A DNA stretch of 64,000 nt from an uncultured delta proteobacterium (lineage in GTDB: Bacteria; Desulfobacterota; Binatia; UBA9968), in the NCBI GenBank assembly GCA_963727625.1, contig CAVSHR010000009.1:160001-224000 (forward strand), given 5' to 3'. A program made the position numbers and the translations under genes. Below, one piece after another: positions 1-10,429 of the stretch. Numbering within the stretch: the stretch's first letter is position 1; each line of letters begins with the position of its first letter. The notes under the pieces are model-generated. The model saw nothing but the letters and a program-made list of their open reading frames with translations, was not told where the DNA came from and searched no databases.

Positions 1-220
1 GCGTTTGAAGATTGAGCGTAATGCTTTTCTTGCCGCGATTGTACGCCCAGAAATTAGGCTGATCGCCGCCCAAGTCCCAACCGCGGAACGGATCGCCGCC
101 CTTGGGATTTTCTACTTTGATCACCTCCGCGCCCATGTCGGCAAGCAACATGGCGCCGTACGGCCCGGATATAAAATTGCCGAGCTCCAAAACTCGGATG
201 CCTTCCAGACAACCGTTCAT
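1..220 (-). CDS. CaiB/BaiF family III CoA-transferase, N-terminal part (runs off window edge); tandem paralog of 270..1445
   Basis: Manual translation from ATG at 220: MNGCLEGIRVLELGNFISGPYGAMLLADMGAEVIKVENPKGGDPFRGWDLGGDQPNFWAYNRGKKSITLNLQT; GGAG upstream; absent from ORF track. Confidence 0.9.
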   Translation of the reverse strand, partial: MNGCLEGIRVLELGNFISGPYGAMLLADMGAEVIKVENPKGGDPFRGWDLGGDQPNFWAYNRGKKSITLNLQT

Positions 221-269
221 CTTGCTCTCCCCAATTTTGCTTGACGATCTTTGCGTTCTTGCGCGAGAA

Positions 270-1445
270 TCAGATGATCCCCTTTTCTTTAAACTCTGCG
301 ACCTTGCTGTCGTCGTAGCCCAAAGATTTTAGAAACTCGCCATTATTTTCACCGAGCTCCGGCGGCGGCGCGGGATGGGGCGACGGAGTATCGCTGTGGG
401 TCAAGGGAAACTTGACCGTGCGAATCGTCGGCTTATCTTTGCGCTCGATGGCGATTTCCATCCCCATATGCACGACCTGCGGATCGTGGAAAACTTCTTT
501 CAGATTGTAGACCGGCGTATGCGGCACGTCGTTGGCCTCGAGCCGCTCGATCCACAGCGAGCGCGGCTGTTCCTTGAAAAACACCGCGAAGGTCCTGTTG
601 AGCTCGTCGTAGTTGGCGCGCCGGTCTGGTCTTGACTTGAAGCGCGGATCTTCGATCAGCTCCGGATGACGGACCGACTTGCACAGCCCTTCCCAGAATT
701 TTTGCGGTGACGATAGGTGGATCGCCAGCATGGCGTCGTCGGCACAGGCAAAGGCGTAGGTCTGAGACTGGCGCGGCCGCGTGTAGGGGCCGGGCACCTT
801 GCCATGAGCCAGGGTTTCAGTCGCCGGCGCGTTCAAGAACGCCAGAATGGAGCCCACCATGGTGGCATCGACCTGCTGGCCCTTGCCGGTGCGCGTGCGT
901 GCCATCAGCGCGCCCAAAATTCCCAGAGCGGAAAACATGCCGCTCAAGCAGTCCGCGTAGGCCGGACCGACGGGTTTGGGATTGTGCGGATCCATCAAGA
1001 CGCTCATCATGCCGCCCATGCCTTGACCGACGGTGTCATAGGCCGGCCGCTTGACGTAGGGCCCGGTCGGGCCGGTGCCGGTGATCGAGCAGCAAACGAT
1101 TTTCTCATTGATTTTGCACAGCGATTCGAAATCAATACCGAGCTTCTTGGTCACGCCCGGCCGATAATTGTCCATCACCACGTCGGACTGCTTTACCAAG
1201 CCGTAGAACACTTCCTTCCCTTCGGGGGTCTGTAAATTGAGCGTCACGCTTTTCTTGCCGCGATTGTAGGCCCAAAAATTCGGCTGGTCGCCGCCGAAAT
1301 CCCAACCGCGAAAAGGATCGCCGCCCTTGGGATTTTCTACTTTGATCACTTCCGCGCCCATATCGGCGAGCAACATAGCGCCGTAGGGCCCGGAAATAAA
1401 ATTGCCCAATTCCAAAACTCTGATTCCGTCCAAACACCCTTTCAT
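270..1445 (-). CDS. CaiB/BaiF family III CoA-transferase
   Basis: LADMGAEVIKVE, NRGKKSVTLNL, DNYRPG motifs; catalytic Asp in AYADCLSG. Confidence 0.95.
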   Translation of the reverse strand: MKGCLDGIRVLELGNFISGPYGAMLLADMGAEVIKVENPKGGDPFRGWDFGGDQPNFWAYNRGKKSVTLNLQTPEGKEVFYGLVKQSDVVMDNYRPGVTKKLGIDFESLCKINEKIVCCSITGTGPTGPYVKRPAYDTVGQGMGGMMSVLMDPHNPKPVGPAYADCLSGMFSALGILGALMARTRTGKGQQVDATMVGSILAFLNAPATETLAHGKVPGPYTRPRQSQTYAFACADDAMLAIHLSSPQKFWEGLCKSVRHPELIEDPRFKSRPDRRANYDELNRTFAVFFKEQPRSLWIERLEANDVPHTPVYNLKEVFHDPQVVHMGMEIAIERKDKPTIRTVKFPLTHSDTPSPHPAPPPELGENNGEFLKSLGYDDSKVAEFKEKGII

Positions 1446-1510
1446 TCTTGTCTCCTATTTTTCAGTCTTAGTTCTTCCTCACGTCTCGTGCCTAACGCCT
1501 GTCTTGGTGT

Positions 1511-1560
1511 AAACGATTTGAAGTGAGCGTCGCGGTCGAACGGCTTGAACGTTTTGAACG
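1511..1560 (+). repeat. Dispersed intergenic element with ~9-nt TTGAACG periodicity
   Basis: Aligns ungapped with 15081-15121 (about 32/41 by eye). Confidence 0.6.
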
Positions 1561-1679
1561 CTCCATGCTCTTGCCTATCGCCTCACGCCTCTTGCCTTGG
1601 TCCTCATGCCTTCCTATTGCCTATGGCCTTCGGCTTCGGATAAGAAACTTTCATATATCCCAATCATAAGGAGCACAAG

Positions 1680-3047
1680 ATGGCGACGCCTCCCCCTGTC
1701 ACCGACAAACTGGCCGAGTTCGTTTACCAAACGGAATTTTCATCAATCTCGGAGCAAACCCGCGTCAACGCCAAGCTGCATATTCTCGACACGCTGGGTG
1801 TTGCTCTTGCCGGCGTCGATCAACCTGCGGCGCATATCGCCCTCGCGTACTGCGAACGCCTGGGCGTTTCCAAAGCAGCATCGATCTGGGGCACGATGTC
1901 AAAAACATCGGTCTCGACCGCGGCCTTCGCGAACGGGCTGCTCGCCCACGCGTTGGACTTCGACGACTGGGACGCTTTGATCCACGTCGGCCATCCGAGC
2001 AGCATGCTCGTTGGCGCCGCGCTGCCGCTGGCGGAAAACCTTGGCGCATCGGGGAAAGACTTGCTCAAGGCTTATGTGCTCGGCATCGAACTGATCTGCA
2101 AGCTCGCGGCGAACGCTCCCAACGTGCAAGACCGCGGCTTTCACAGCACGCCGGTTTTCGGCAGCCTAGGTGCCGCAGTTGCTTGCGCGAGCTTATTGCA
2201 GCTCAATCCCGACAAAATCAAGGCGGCCCTGGGCGTTGCCGCCTCGGCCGCCGGCGGCATTCATCGCCAGCAGGGTTCCATGGTCAAACCGTTTCACGCC
2301 GGCAACTCGGCGCGCAACGGGGTCGAAGCCGCGCTGCTCGCCCAGGCCGGCTTCACCGCCGACGCGGCGATCCTCGAAGCGCCGCGCGGCTTCTGCGACA
2401 CCTTTTTCGGCCCGGCAACCTGCGACTACGAGAAAATGATCACCGACATCGGCAATCCCTACTTTCTCGAATCACCGGGACTGGGACTCAAATGGCACCC
2501 ATGCAGCGCACCGCAGTTCCTCGCCGCCGACGCCGCGCTTCATTTAAAGCGCGAACACGACATCGGATATCAAGACGTAGCGAAAATGAAAGTAAGCATC
2601 CCGCCGCTGCGCTACCAGCGCCACTATGCCGCCGAAGTCAAAACCGGCCTGCGCGGCAAATTTGCCATCAACTATGTCGTCGCCATGTGTTTCTTATACG
2701 GCAAGCTTGAACTCAACACCTTCACCGACGAAACGGTCAATCAGCCGATAGTTCAAGACGCCCTCAGCAAAGTTCACGTCATTTGCGACGAGAGCATTCC
2801 CGAGCCCGGCCCCTACTGCCCGGTGAGCGTGGAACTGAACGACGGCAAACGCTTTACCTTTACGGCAAAAATCGCCAAAGGCCACCCGCAAAATCCCATG
2901 ACCGAGAACGAAGTCGAAGATAAGTTTCTCGGCAACGCCAAGTCTGCGATCCCCGCGCGGCAAGCTGCCGAGCTCGCCGCGATCGTGCGCGATCTTGAAT
3001 CCGTTGACAATGTGCGGCGCTTAATCGAACTGCTCACGCCCGCCTGA
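1680..3047 (+). CDS. MmgE/PrpD family protein
   Basis: LDTLGV, NGLLAHALDFDD, HPSS, GFHST, KPFHAG, KWHPCS motifs; AAGGAG RBS. Confidence 0.95.
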   Translation: MATPPPVTDKLAEFVYQTEFSSISEQTRVNAKLHILDTLGVALAGVDQPAAHIALAYCERLGVSKAASIWGTMSKTSVSTAAFANGLLAHALDFDDWDALIHVGHPSSMLVGAALPLAENLGASGKDLLKAYVLGIELICKLAANAPNVQDRGFHSTPVFGSLGAAVACASLLQLNPDKIKAALGVAASAAGGIHRQQGSMVKPFHAGNSARNGVEAALLAQAGFTADAAILEAPRGFCDTFFGPATCDYEKMITDIGNPYFLESPGLGLKWHPCSAPQFLAADAALHLKREHDIGYQDVAKMKVSIPPLRYQRHYAAEVKTGLRGKFAINYVVAMCFLYGKLELNTFTDETVNQPIVQDALSKVHVICDESIPEPGPYCPVSVELNDGKRFTFTAKIAKGHPQNPMTENEVEDKFLGNAKSAIPARQAAELAAIVRDLESVDNVRRLIELLTPA

Positions 3048-3109
3048 ATCATCTCTTTCCCCGCGGCTTTTCATGCCCGCTTGGACAACGATAGTCGCTT
3101 TCGGCGCGA

Positions 3110-3952
3110 TCACCTGCGCATCGCCGCTCGGGGAGTTTTGTAGCGGTTGTAGCTCCAAATATATTGACTCGGACAACGCCGCACTAGCTGTTCGATCGCG
3201 CCATTGAGTCTGGTCTCGTCGAAATTTTCCCGCGGCACCGAGTGGTATTCGATGCGATAGCCTTTTGCCTGCGGCAGCCGCTCGGCGAAACCGGCGATCA
3301 GCGCCGCCCCGGTGGCGCGCTGGAGTTTTTTCACCAGGGTCGTCGTATATGCCGGCCTGCCGAAGAAATCCGCCCACGCCCCGCCTTTTGAATTGGGCGC
3401 CTGGTCCGGCGGCAGGCCGACCGCTTCGCCACGTTTCAAAGCGCTCAAGAGCTGCTCGACGCCTTTTAAATCGGCGGGCGCCATGGATACTCCCGCGTTC
3501 CGGCCGCCGGCCAGCACAACAGGTTGACGCCATGGTTCTCGCGGCACACGGTACAAGACCGTCAGCGGCAGACGCCGCCCCGTGTAACGCACCGCGATTG
3601 GAAACGAGCCGAGATGAGGTAAAAGAAAGATAATACCTTGGCCGCCGCGCTGCGCCGCTTCAACGCTTTCCCAACCCGTGCAATCGATGCATAGACGATC
3701 GATCTCGGCGTGCGGCGCATACCAGGCTTTGAGCCACTCGGAGACGCCTCGGCCCGATTCAACAATCACTTCTTTGAGCAGCGCCCGATACTCTCGATCG
3801 TCGGAGCAGATACCGCTTTGATAGAGATTGTCCCTAAGGCGCGCCGCATCGACCCGCGCGCAGCGATATCCGATCCAGCCGACCAGCGCGCCGCTGTGGT
3901 AGTACCAGCGCATCGGCAAGCGGGCCAATAAATTCAAGAATGCAATAAGCAT
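3110..3952 (-). CDS. Lipid A biosynthesis (LpxL/HtrB-like) lysophospholipid acyltransferase
   Basis: PHLGSF, PDQAP, FFGRPAYT, PSQYIWSYNRYK motifs. Confidence 0.85.
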   Translation of the reverse strand: MLIAFLNLLARLPMRWYYHSGALVGWIGYRCARVDAARLRDNLYQSGICSDDREYRALLKEVIVESGRGVSEWLKAWYAPHAEIDRLCIDCTGWESVEAAQRGGQGIIFLLPHLGSFPIAVRYTGRRLPLTVLYRVPREPWRQPVVLAGGRNAGVSMAPADLKGVEQLLSALKRGEAVGLPPDQAPNSKGGAWADFFGRPAYTTTLVKKLQRATGAALIAGFAERLPQAKGYRIEYHSVPRENFDETRLNGAIEQLVRRCPSQYIWSYNRYKTPRAAMRR

Positions 3953-4154
3953 GGAACTATAATGACCGCTCGGAATTAGAACTTGCGGCTATGCGCCGGC
4001 GTCGAAGGATTCGCCGCCCGAATCTATGGGTCCGCTGCGATGATGTCAAACTTCACGTCAGCTCTTGCTCGCGTGGACATCATCAATTAACTACAGTAAA
4101 GAAGCGTTTTGTGTTGACTGCAAATCCATTGAAAATCGAGCTTGGAGGCCAGCC

Positions 4155-6275
4155 GTGTCCAGCGATAAACCCTTATCTCCGCTTTTCGACGCCGATCGCC
4201 TCGCCATCATCGGCGCCAGCGAGCGCAATCACTACGCCGTCAATATCTTCAAAAACCTGCAGAACCTTGGCTTCGATCTGTCGAAAATTATACCGATCAA
4301 TCCCGGCCGCCCGGAGGTTTTCGGATTGAAAGCCTATCCGAGCGTCGCCGAAGTGCCTGGCGAAATTCCCCTGGCCGTCATCGCGGTCAACAACAAGGCG
4401 GTGGTTGCCGTCGTCGAGGAGGCCGGCAAAAAAGGCGTGAAGGCCGGCGTGATCTTCGCCGACGGCTTCGCCGAGGGGGGCGAAGCGGGAAAGAAGCTTC
4501 AAGCAGATCTGACCGCGGCGGCCAAAGCGGCCAATCTCAAATTGCTCGGCCCCAACTGCATGGGTTTTGTCTCCATGCGCGCCAAGCTCGGCATCTGGGG
4601 CGGCGAGCTTCCGAAAAACCTGCGCCCGGGCAACATCGGCTGCATCTTTCAAAGCAGCGGCATGATGAATCTCTTGATGATGGCCGGCGCCAAGCGCGGC
4701 CTGGGTTTTCACGTTTGCGCCAGCGGCGGCAACGAGATCGTGCTCAACTCCGCCGACTATCTGGCCTATCTGGCCGAGTGTCCCGAGATCGAGGTCATCG
4801 CGACCTATTTCGAAGCCGCGCCTAAAGAGCCGGAACGTTTTGCCGCGGCCTTGGATCGCGCGATTGCCAATGGCAAGAGCGTTTTGGTTCTGCGCGCCGG
4901 AAAAACCGAGCGCGCCAAGCGTAACGTCATCGCCCATACCGGCCAGCTCGCCGGCTCGGCCGCGGCGTGGGATGCTTTTTTTGAACAGCATGGCGCGATC
5001 ATCGTCAACGACCTTGACGACTTGATCGATACCACGGCTTTATTCGCCGGCGCCAAAATTCGTCCGGACAAACACGAACGCGGTGTCGGCTTGATCACGA
5101 TCTCCGGCGGCGATTGCACGCTGCTTTCCGACATCGCCGAACAGGAAGGCATAACCGTGCCCGATCTCAGCCCGGAGACCCAAAAAATGCTGGTCGAAAG
5201 TCTCGACAAGCCGACACTGCTCGGCAATCCGCTCGACGTCGAAGATTTGCAGCGCATCAACCCCGAAGCCTTTGACCGCTGCTTAGAAAAGTTCTTTCAA
5301 GAACCGAAGATCGACATGCTCGGGGTGCGCTTGAATTTGCCCGAGACGATCACGCCGCCATCCGAAAAGCTCTACACGCAGATGTCTAATTTGAGCAAAG
5401 CCGCCGACAAACGCGTCTTCGTTCTGACCCGCGCCACTGAACCTCCCGCGCCGGTCTGGTACGACAGGCTCGCCGGTCTCGATCTCACCTTCACCGGCGA
5501 TTATCGCAAGTCGCTTCGCGCCATGAGCCGGTTGCGCAAAAACGAGCGCGACCGCGCCATCGGCCGCTTCGCGCCGGCGACGCGAAGCGCAGCCCAACCG
5601 AAGCACGCCGTTTTAACTTCCGGCGTCATGTCGTACCTGGAGAGCGAAAATTTACTGAAGTCCTATGGCATTGCGCTGGCGCCGTCGGTCCTGGCGCAGT
5701 CGTCGGCCGAAGCGATACAAGCAGCAGAGAAACTCGGCTATCCCTGCGTGCTCAAAGCGGCGTCAACAGAGATTCCGCACAAAACCGAGTTCGGCGCCCT
5801 CCGGTTGAACCTGCAAGATCATGCAGCCGTGCAAGCCGCCTACGATGAAATCCTCGCCGGGGTCAAAGCCAAAAAGCCGGATGCGAAGATCGAAGGCGTA
5901 CTCGTGCAAAAGCAGATGAAAGGGGTGGAGTGCCTGCTCGGCGTTTCCCGCGACGAGCAGCTCGGCCCGACACTGGTCATGGGCTTGGGCGGCGTTTTTG
6001 TCGAAATCCTCGCCGATGTGCAGCTCCGCATTCCCCCGATCAGCGCCGCCGAAGCCAGGCGCGCGCTCGAAAGCCTCAAAGGCGAAAAAATATTCTCCGG
6101 CGCGCGCGGCGCCCTTCCCGTCGATCTCGAGGCCCTCGCCGACATGGCCGCGCGCCTCTCCTGGCTCGCCTATGACCTGCGCGACAGGATCGCTGAATTG
6201 GATTTGAATCCCGTAGTCGTGCTGCCACGGGGCCAAGGTGCGTTCGCCGTCGACGCGCTGGTGGTGGCGCGTTAG
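4155..6275 (+). CDS. Acetate/acyl-CoA ligase (ADP-forming) family, fused CoA-binding and ATP-grasp domains
   Basis: IIGAS, LLGPNCMG, AHTGQLAG, NPLD, HKTEFG, ELDLNP; GTG start after GGAGG chosen. Confidence 0.92.
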   Translation: MSSDKPLSPLFDADRLAIIGASERNHYAVNIFKNLQNLGFDLSKIIPINPGRPEVFGLKAYPSVAEVPGEIPLAVIAVNNKAVVAVVEEAGKKGVKAGVIFADGFAEGGEAGKKLQADLTAAAKAANLKLLGPNCMGFVSMRAKLGIWGGELPKNLRPGNIGCIFQSSGMMNLLMMAGAKRGLGFHVCASGGNEIVLNSADYLAYLAECPEIEVIATYFEAAPKEPERFAAALDRAIANGKSVLVLRAGKTERAKRNVIAHTGQLAGSAAAWDAFFEQHGAIIVNDLDDLIDTTALFAGAKIRPDKHERGVGLITISGGDCTLLSDIAEQEGITVPDLSPETQKMLVESLDKPTLLGNPLDVEDLQRINPEAFDRCLEKFFQEPKIDMLGVRLNLPETITPPSEKLYTQMSNLSKAADKRVFVLTRATEPPAPVWYDRLAGLDLTFTGDYRKSLRAMSRLRKNERDRAIGRFAPATRSAAQPKHAVLTSGVMSYLESENLLKSYGIALAPSVLAQSSAEAIQAAEKLGYPCVLKAASTEIPHKTEFGALRLNLQDHAAVQAAYDEILAGVKAKKPDAKIEGVLVQKQMKGVECLLGVSRDEQLGPTLVMGLGGVFVEILADVQLRIPPISAAEARRALESLKGEKIFSGARGALPVDLEALADMAARLSWLAYDLRDRIAELDLNPVVVLPRGQGAFAVDALVVAR

Positions 6276-6572
6276 CGTGCTTGATGCCCTGCGGGGAGAG
6301 TTTAAGCGCTTTTGTTGACGTCCATCTGGTTCAAGAGAGCGAGATGGCCGCCGCCACTGAGAACGGTCGGCCAAACCGGGACATCATTCGCTCCGATCCT
6401 TAGGATCATTAAGTTGCTGTCCGAATCCCAGGCGCAGATAACACGGCCGGAAAATTAGCTCGTCCCCTTTAATTTTAAATTTGCCCCTCGACTTAGAAAA
6501 TTGATTTTACTAATGTGGCCCGATAGCGCCGTTGCGCTTACTTGACAACTTCTTCCCAGGAGGAACCGCACG

Positions 6573-7550
6573 ATGAAAAAAATCACCCTCTCGATGATCT
6601 CGCTGATGATCGGCGTGTTTTTGCTTGCCGGCGAAACAGCCTTTGCCATCGATAAAGTCAACGTCACTCTGCCGTCCAAGTCGTTTCAGTTCATCATCTT
6701 TCCGCTCGCCAAGGAGCGGGGTTATATGAAGGAGGAAGGGATCGATCTCAACATCGTCGTCATGGCCTCCACTGCCGGCCTTCAAGCCGTGCTCGCCGGC
6801 GAAATGGATTTCACGGGCTCGGGGAGCAGCGCCCTGGTCGCCGTCACTCGGGGCAATGCTCCGCTCAAAACCGTGCTGGCCGTCAACGACCAGGTGCTAC
6901 AGTGGCTGATGGTCCGGCCGCAGTACGGCTCTTTCAAGGATCTAAAGGGTAAAAAGATCGCGGTCACCGGCGTCGCCTCGGTGGCAACGTTCATGTTGAA
7001 AAAAGTCGCGCCAAAGTTCGGCCTCGACGCCAACAAGGATCTGACGTTTCTAGCGCTGCCGGCGGGTCAGCGCCTAGGGGCGCTCACTTCCGGGGTCGTG
7101 GATGCCGGGCTATTGAGCTCGGAGGAACGTTTTGCCGCTCTCGATCAAGGCATGAAAGAGGTCTTGTATCTGGGCAAGGAGGTCAAGAATTCCTGGGGCA
7201 CGGTGGCAACCAACGACCAATTCATCAAGGAAAAACCCAAGTTGATGCATGGATTCATGCGCGCGCTCCTCAAAGCCCTGCGGCTGGTCAGGCAGAACCG
7301 CGAGGTCGCGATGGATACGATGATGAAATTTTCCCAGTTAAACCGGAACTTGGCGGCGCGCACCTACGACAGTATGATTGGAACTTTTACGACCAACGGC
7401 GTGGTCGACGAAGAAACACAGAGAAACGATCTCGACATCGTTGGCGAGGTCGTCAAATCCACCAAGGAAGTACCCATCGAGCGCGCCTACGATTTCAGCT
7501 TTGCCAAGAAAGCCGACAGCGAGCTGACCCAAGCCGGCTGGAAACCTTAG
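6573..7550 (+). CDS. ABC transporter substrate-binding protein (NitT/TauT, NMT1/SsuA-like)
   Basis: Signal peptide; KERGYMKEEG, DLKGKKIAV, YDFSF; AGGAGG RBS. Confidence 0.9.
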   Translation: MKKITLSMISLMIGVFLLAGETAFAIDKVNVTLPSKSFQFIIFPLAKERGYMKEEGIDLNIVVMASTAGLQAVLAGEMDFTGSGSSALVAVTRGNAPLKTVLAVNDQVLQWLMVRPQYGSFKDLKGKKIAVTGVASVATFMLKKVAPKFGLDANKDLTFLALPAGQRLGALTSGVVDAGLLSSEERFAALDQGMKEVLYLGKEVKNSWGTVATNDQFIKEKPKLMHGFMRALLKALRLVRQNREVAMDTMMKFSQLNRNLAARTYDSMIGTFTTNGVVDEETQRNDLDIVGEVVKSTKEVPIERAYDFSFAKKADSELTQAGWKP

Positions 7551-7709
7551 ACAGTTTCTACGAGGGAGGTCTTGCGGGCCTCGGCGCGAAAGGGGAATCG
7601 CATGATTTTCCGCCGGCTCTGCTCAATCTACTATCCTCCGACTTGTTCACGGCTCTGGCCAAGAAAATCGGGTTGTCGAATTATGACCGCGTCTTAATGA
7701 TTCCCTCTT

Positions 7710-8656
7710 TCATGGCAAAAAGCTGAGGTCGACGATTTGCGCGACGGTCAATCCTTTGGCTTTCGGGTCCTCCCGGGCAAAGTCTGCTATACATCCGCTT
7801 CAAGTCCCTTGATCGTCGGGCGCCCATCGTCCGGAAGGGAACGACTATAGACGTCAAACGCCTTCTCCGCGATCTCGCGGTCGTTCAGTCTGCTGAGCGC
7901 CATCATTTTTCGGACCGCCTCCTCCTTATGGGTTTTGAAAAAACGGATTGCTTCGAGGTAGGCGGCCATGAAGCGCCTGACGAGCGGCGCCTGCGCCTGG
8001 AGATATTCCTCCCGCGCCACGATGTTGACGTGAGGGAATTCGACGCCCTTGGCAACGAAATCGAGGAGCGGGTTCAGGCCGAGCTTTTGCGCCGCCAGCG
8101 CCTCTTCCGGGCTCAGGACCGTGGCGTCGATCGTTCCGGCTTTGAGCGCCACCAACCGGGACTGCGAGCCCCCGACCTGGAGGATCGTGACGTCGGCAGG
8201 GGTCAAGCCCAATTGCCCGAGCGCGAGTCGGACAACGAAGTCTGTGTTACTGCCAAAACGGCTGATGCCGATCTTTTTGCCACGCAACTGCTCTGAGTTC
8301 GTGATGCGGCTGCTGGTGATCAAAACGTACGGCAAAATGTTGGTGACGCCGCCGATGATTTTGAGCCTAGCGCCCCTCAGATAGGCGTTGAGAAACGGCG
8401 GGCCGCCGGTTTGGAGGAGATCGAGACTCTTCCCTATCAACGCTTGCGTCGAGAGCGAACCGCCGGCGATGAAGACCATTTCGAGCGTAAGGCCGTGTTT
8501 GCGGAAGATGCCGGCGTCCTGTGCGACGTAAAGCGGCGCGGCTCCGTAAAAACCGTTGAAGCCGACGTGCAGCGTCGTGGACTGAGCAGCGGCGGGTCGT
8601 GCGCTAATCAATAAGAGAGCGAGCACTAAAATTGCATGGATGGTGATCCGTTTCAT
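7710..8656 (-). pseudogene. NitT/TauT-type substrate-binding protein with a frameshift near the C-terminus
   Basis: ORF stops at TAG 7787 after KGLEADV; a shifted frame continues IADFAREDPKAKGLTVAQIVDLSFLP*, the typical family C-terminus. Confidence 0.75.
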
Positions 8657-8911
8657 ACCGACCTCCATTAATCGCACCTAAATTGCCTCTTATGGTCGGT
8701 GTCGGTCAAGACAATAAATTATTCGTGCTCTTTTCCTTTTTTTAACGCTGCGACGTCGCGACCCCTGACACAAGAGCACATTTCTGTAGACAAAAACTTC
8801 AACACTAAAAGCTTACCGAGACTCTTCTGAACAGGTATAGTTATTCTGTCCATATCGAAATGAAGGATAGCGGAGGATTCACCTATTCCCCCGGACCAAG
8901 AAAGCCACAAG

Positions 8912-10408
8912 ATGACGCATGCAGATAACAACCCTGCCGCCGCGCGATTTGCCTTCGACAATACCTATGCGCGCGAACTCGAGGGTTTCTACGTGCCTTG
9001 GAAGTCGGCGCAAGTGGCGCGGCCCAGGTTGATTAAGCTCAACCGTGAGCTGGCTGAAGAATTGGCGCTGGATGCCGGTGCTCTCGATTCCGAGGAAGGC
9101 GCAAGAATCTTTGCCGGCAATGAGACACCCGAGGGAGCGGTCCCCTTGGCCCAAGCGTACGCCGGCCACCAGTTCGGCGGCTTCGCGCCCCAACTTGGCG
9201 ACGGGCGGGCGCTGCTGCTGGGCGAGGTGATCGACCGCAGCGGACGTCGTCGTGACATTCAGCTCAAAGGTTCGGGCCCCACCCCCTTTTCGCGTGCCGG
9301 CGACGGCCGGGCAGCCCTCGGGCCCGTGTTGCGTGAATATCTGATCGGCGAAGCGATGCACGCGCTTGGTATCCCGACCACCCGGGCGCTTGCCGCAGTC
9401 GTCACGGGCGAGCCCGTCTATCGCGAGACTGCGCTGCCGGGCGCGGTTTTGACGCGCGTCGCTGCCAGCCACATCCGTGTCGGCACCTTCCAAATCTTCG
9501 CCGCCCGCGGCGAGGCGGGCAAGGTGCGTCGCCTGGCCGATTACGTCATCGATCGCCATTACCCGGAGCTGAAGGGCCACACGAACCCTTATCTGGGATT
9601 GATCGAGCGCGTGTGCGACCAACAAGCGGCGCTCATTGCCGGCTGGATGCATGTGGGCTTCATCCATGGCGTGATGAACACCGACAATATGGCGATCTCC
9701 GGTGAGACGATCGACTACGGACCATGCGCCTTCATGGATCATTATGATCCGGCCACCGTCTTCAGCTCCATCGACGCGCGCGGCCGCTATGCCTACGCCA
9801 ATCAGCCCAACATAGCGCAGTGGAACCTCGCGCGGCTGGCGGAGACGCTCTTACCCCTGATCGATGCTGATAAACACCGCGCCATCGCACGCGCCACCGA
9901 GACGGTCAACGCCTTTCCGGAACAATACCAACGCCGCTGGCTCAAAGGCATGCGCGCCAAGCTCGGCCTGATCGATGAGGACGAGGCCGACCTCAACCTC
10001 GCCGAGGGATTTCTCAAGGCCATGCAAGGCAACAAAGCCGATTTCACGCTGGCTTTCCGTTACCTCGCCGATGCGGCCTTAGGCCAGGAGAAATCACTTC
10101 GCGCGCTGTTTGCCGATCCGTCGGCCTACGATGACTGGAGCAGACACTGGCGGGCGCGACTTTCGCGCGAGGCGGTGGCACCTTCGGAGCGAGCGCAGGC
10201 GATGCGGCGCGCCAATCCCGCGTTCATTCCGCGCAATCATCGAGTCGAGGAAGCCTTGAGCGCTGCAGTGGAACGGGACGATTACGCGCCTTTTACGACG
10301 CTGCTGAATATCCTATCACGCCCCTTCGACGATCAGCCGGAGCTTGCCGCCTTCGCCGAACCTGCGCCGGAAGGACGCGAGCGCTACCAAACTTTCTGAG
10401 GCACATGA
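8912..10408 (+). CDS. selO: SelO/YdiU protein adenylyltransferase, predicted selenoprotein (Sec496, C-terminus YQTF-U-GT, 498 aa)
   Basis: [32 protein letters not shown] motifs; TTC TGA GGC ACA TGA at 10394-10408 matches the subfamily ending TFCGT. Confidence 0.9.
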
Positions 10409-10412
10409 CTCA

Positions 10413-10429
10413 CGCGTCCGGGTGACGCG
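10413..10429 (+). promoter_or_regulatory. Putative bacterial SECIS hairpin for selO
   Basis: CGCGTC-CGGGT-GACGCG; 13 nt separate UGA 10397-10399 from the stem; G in first two loop positions. Confidence 0.7.
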
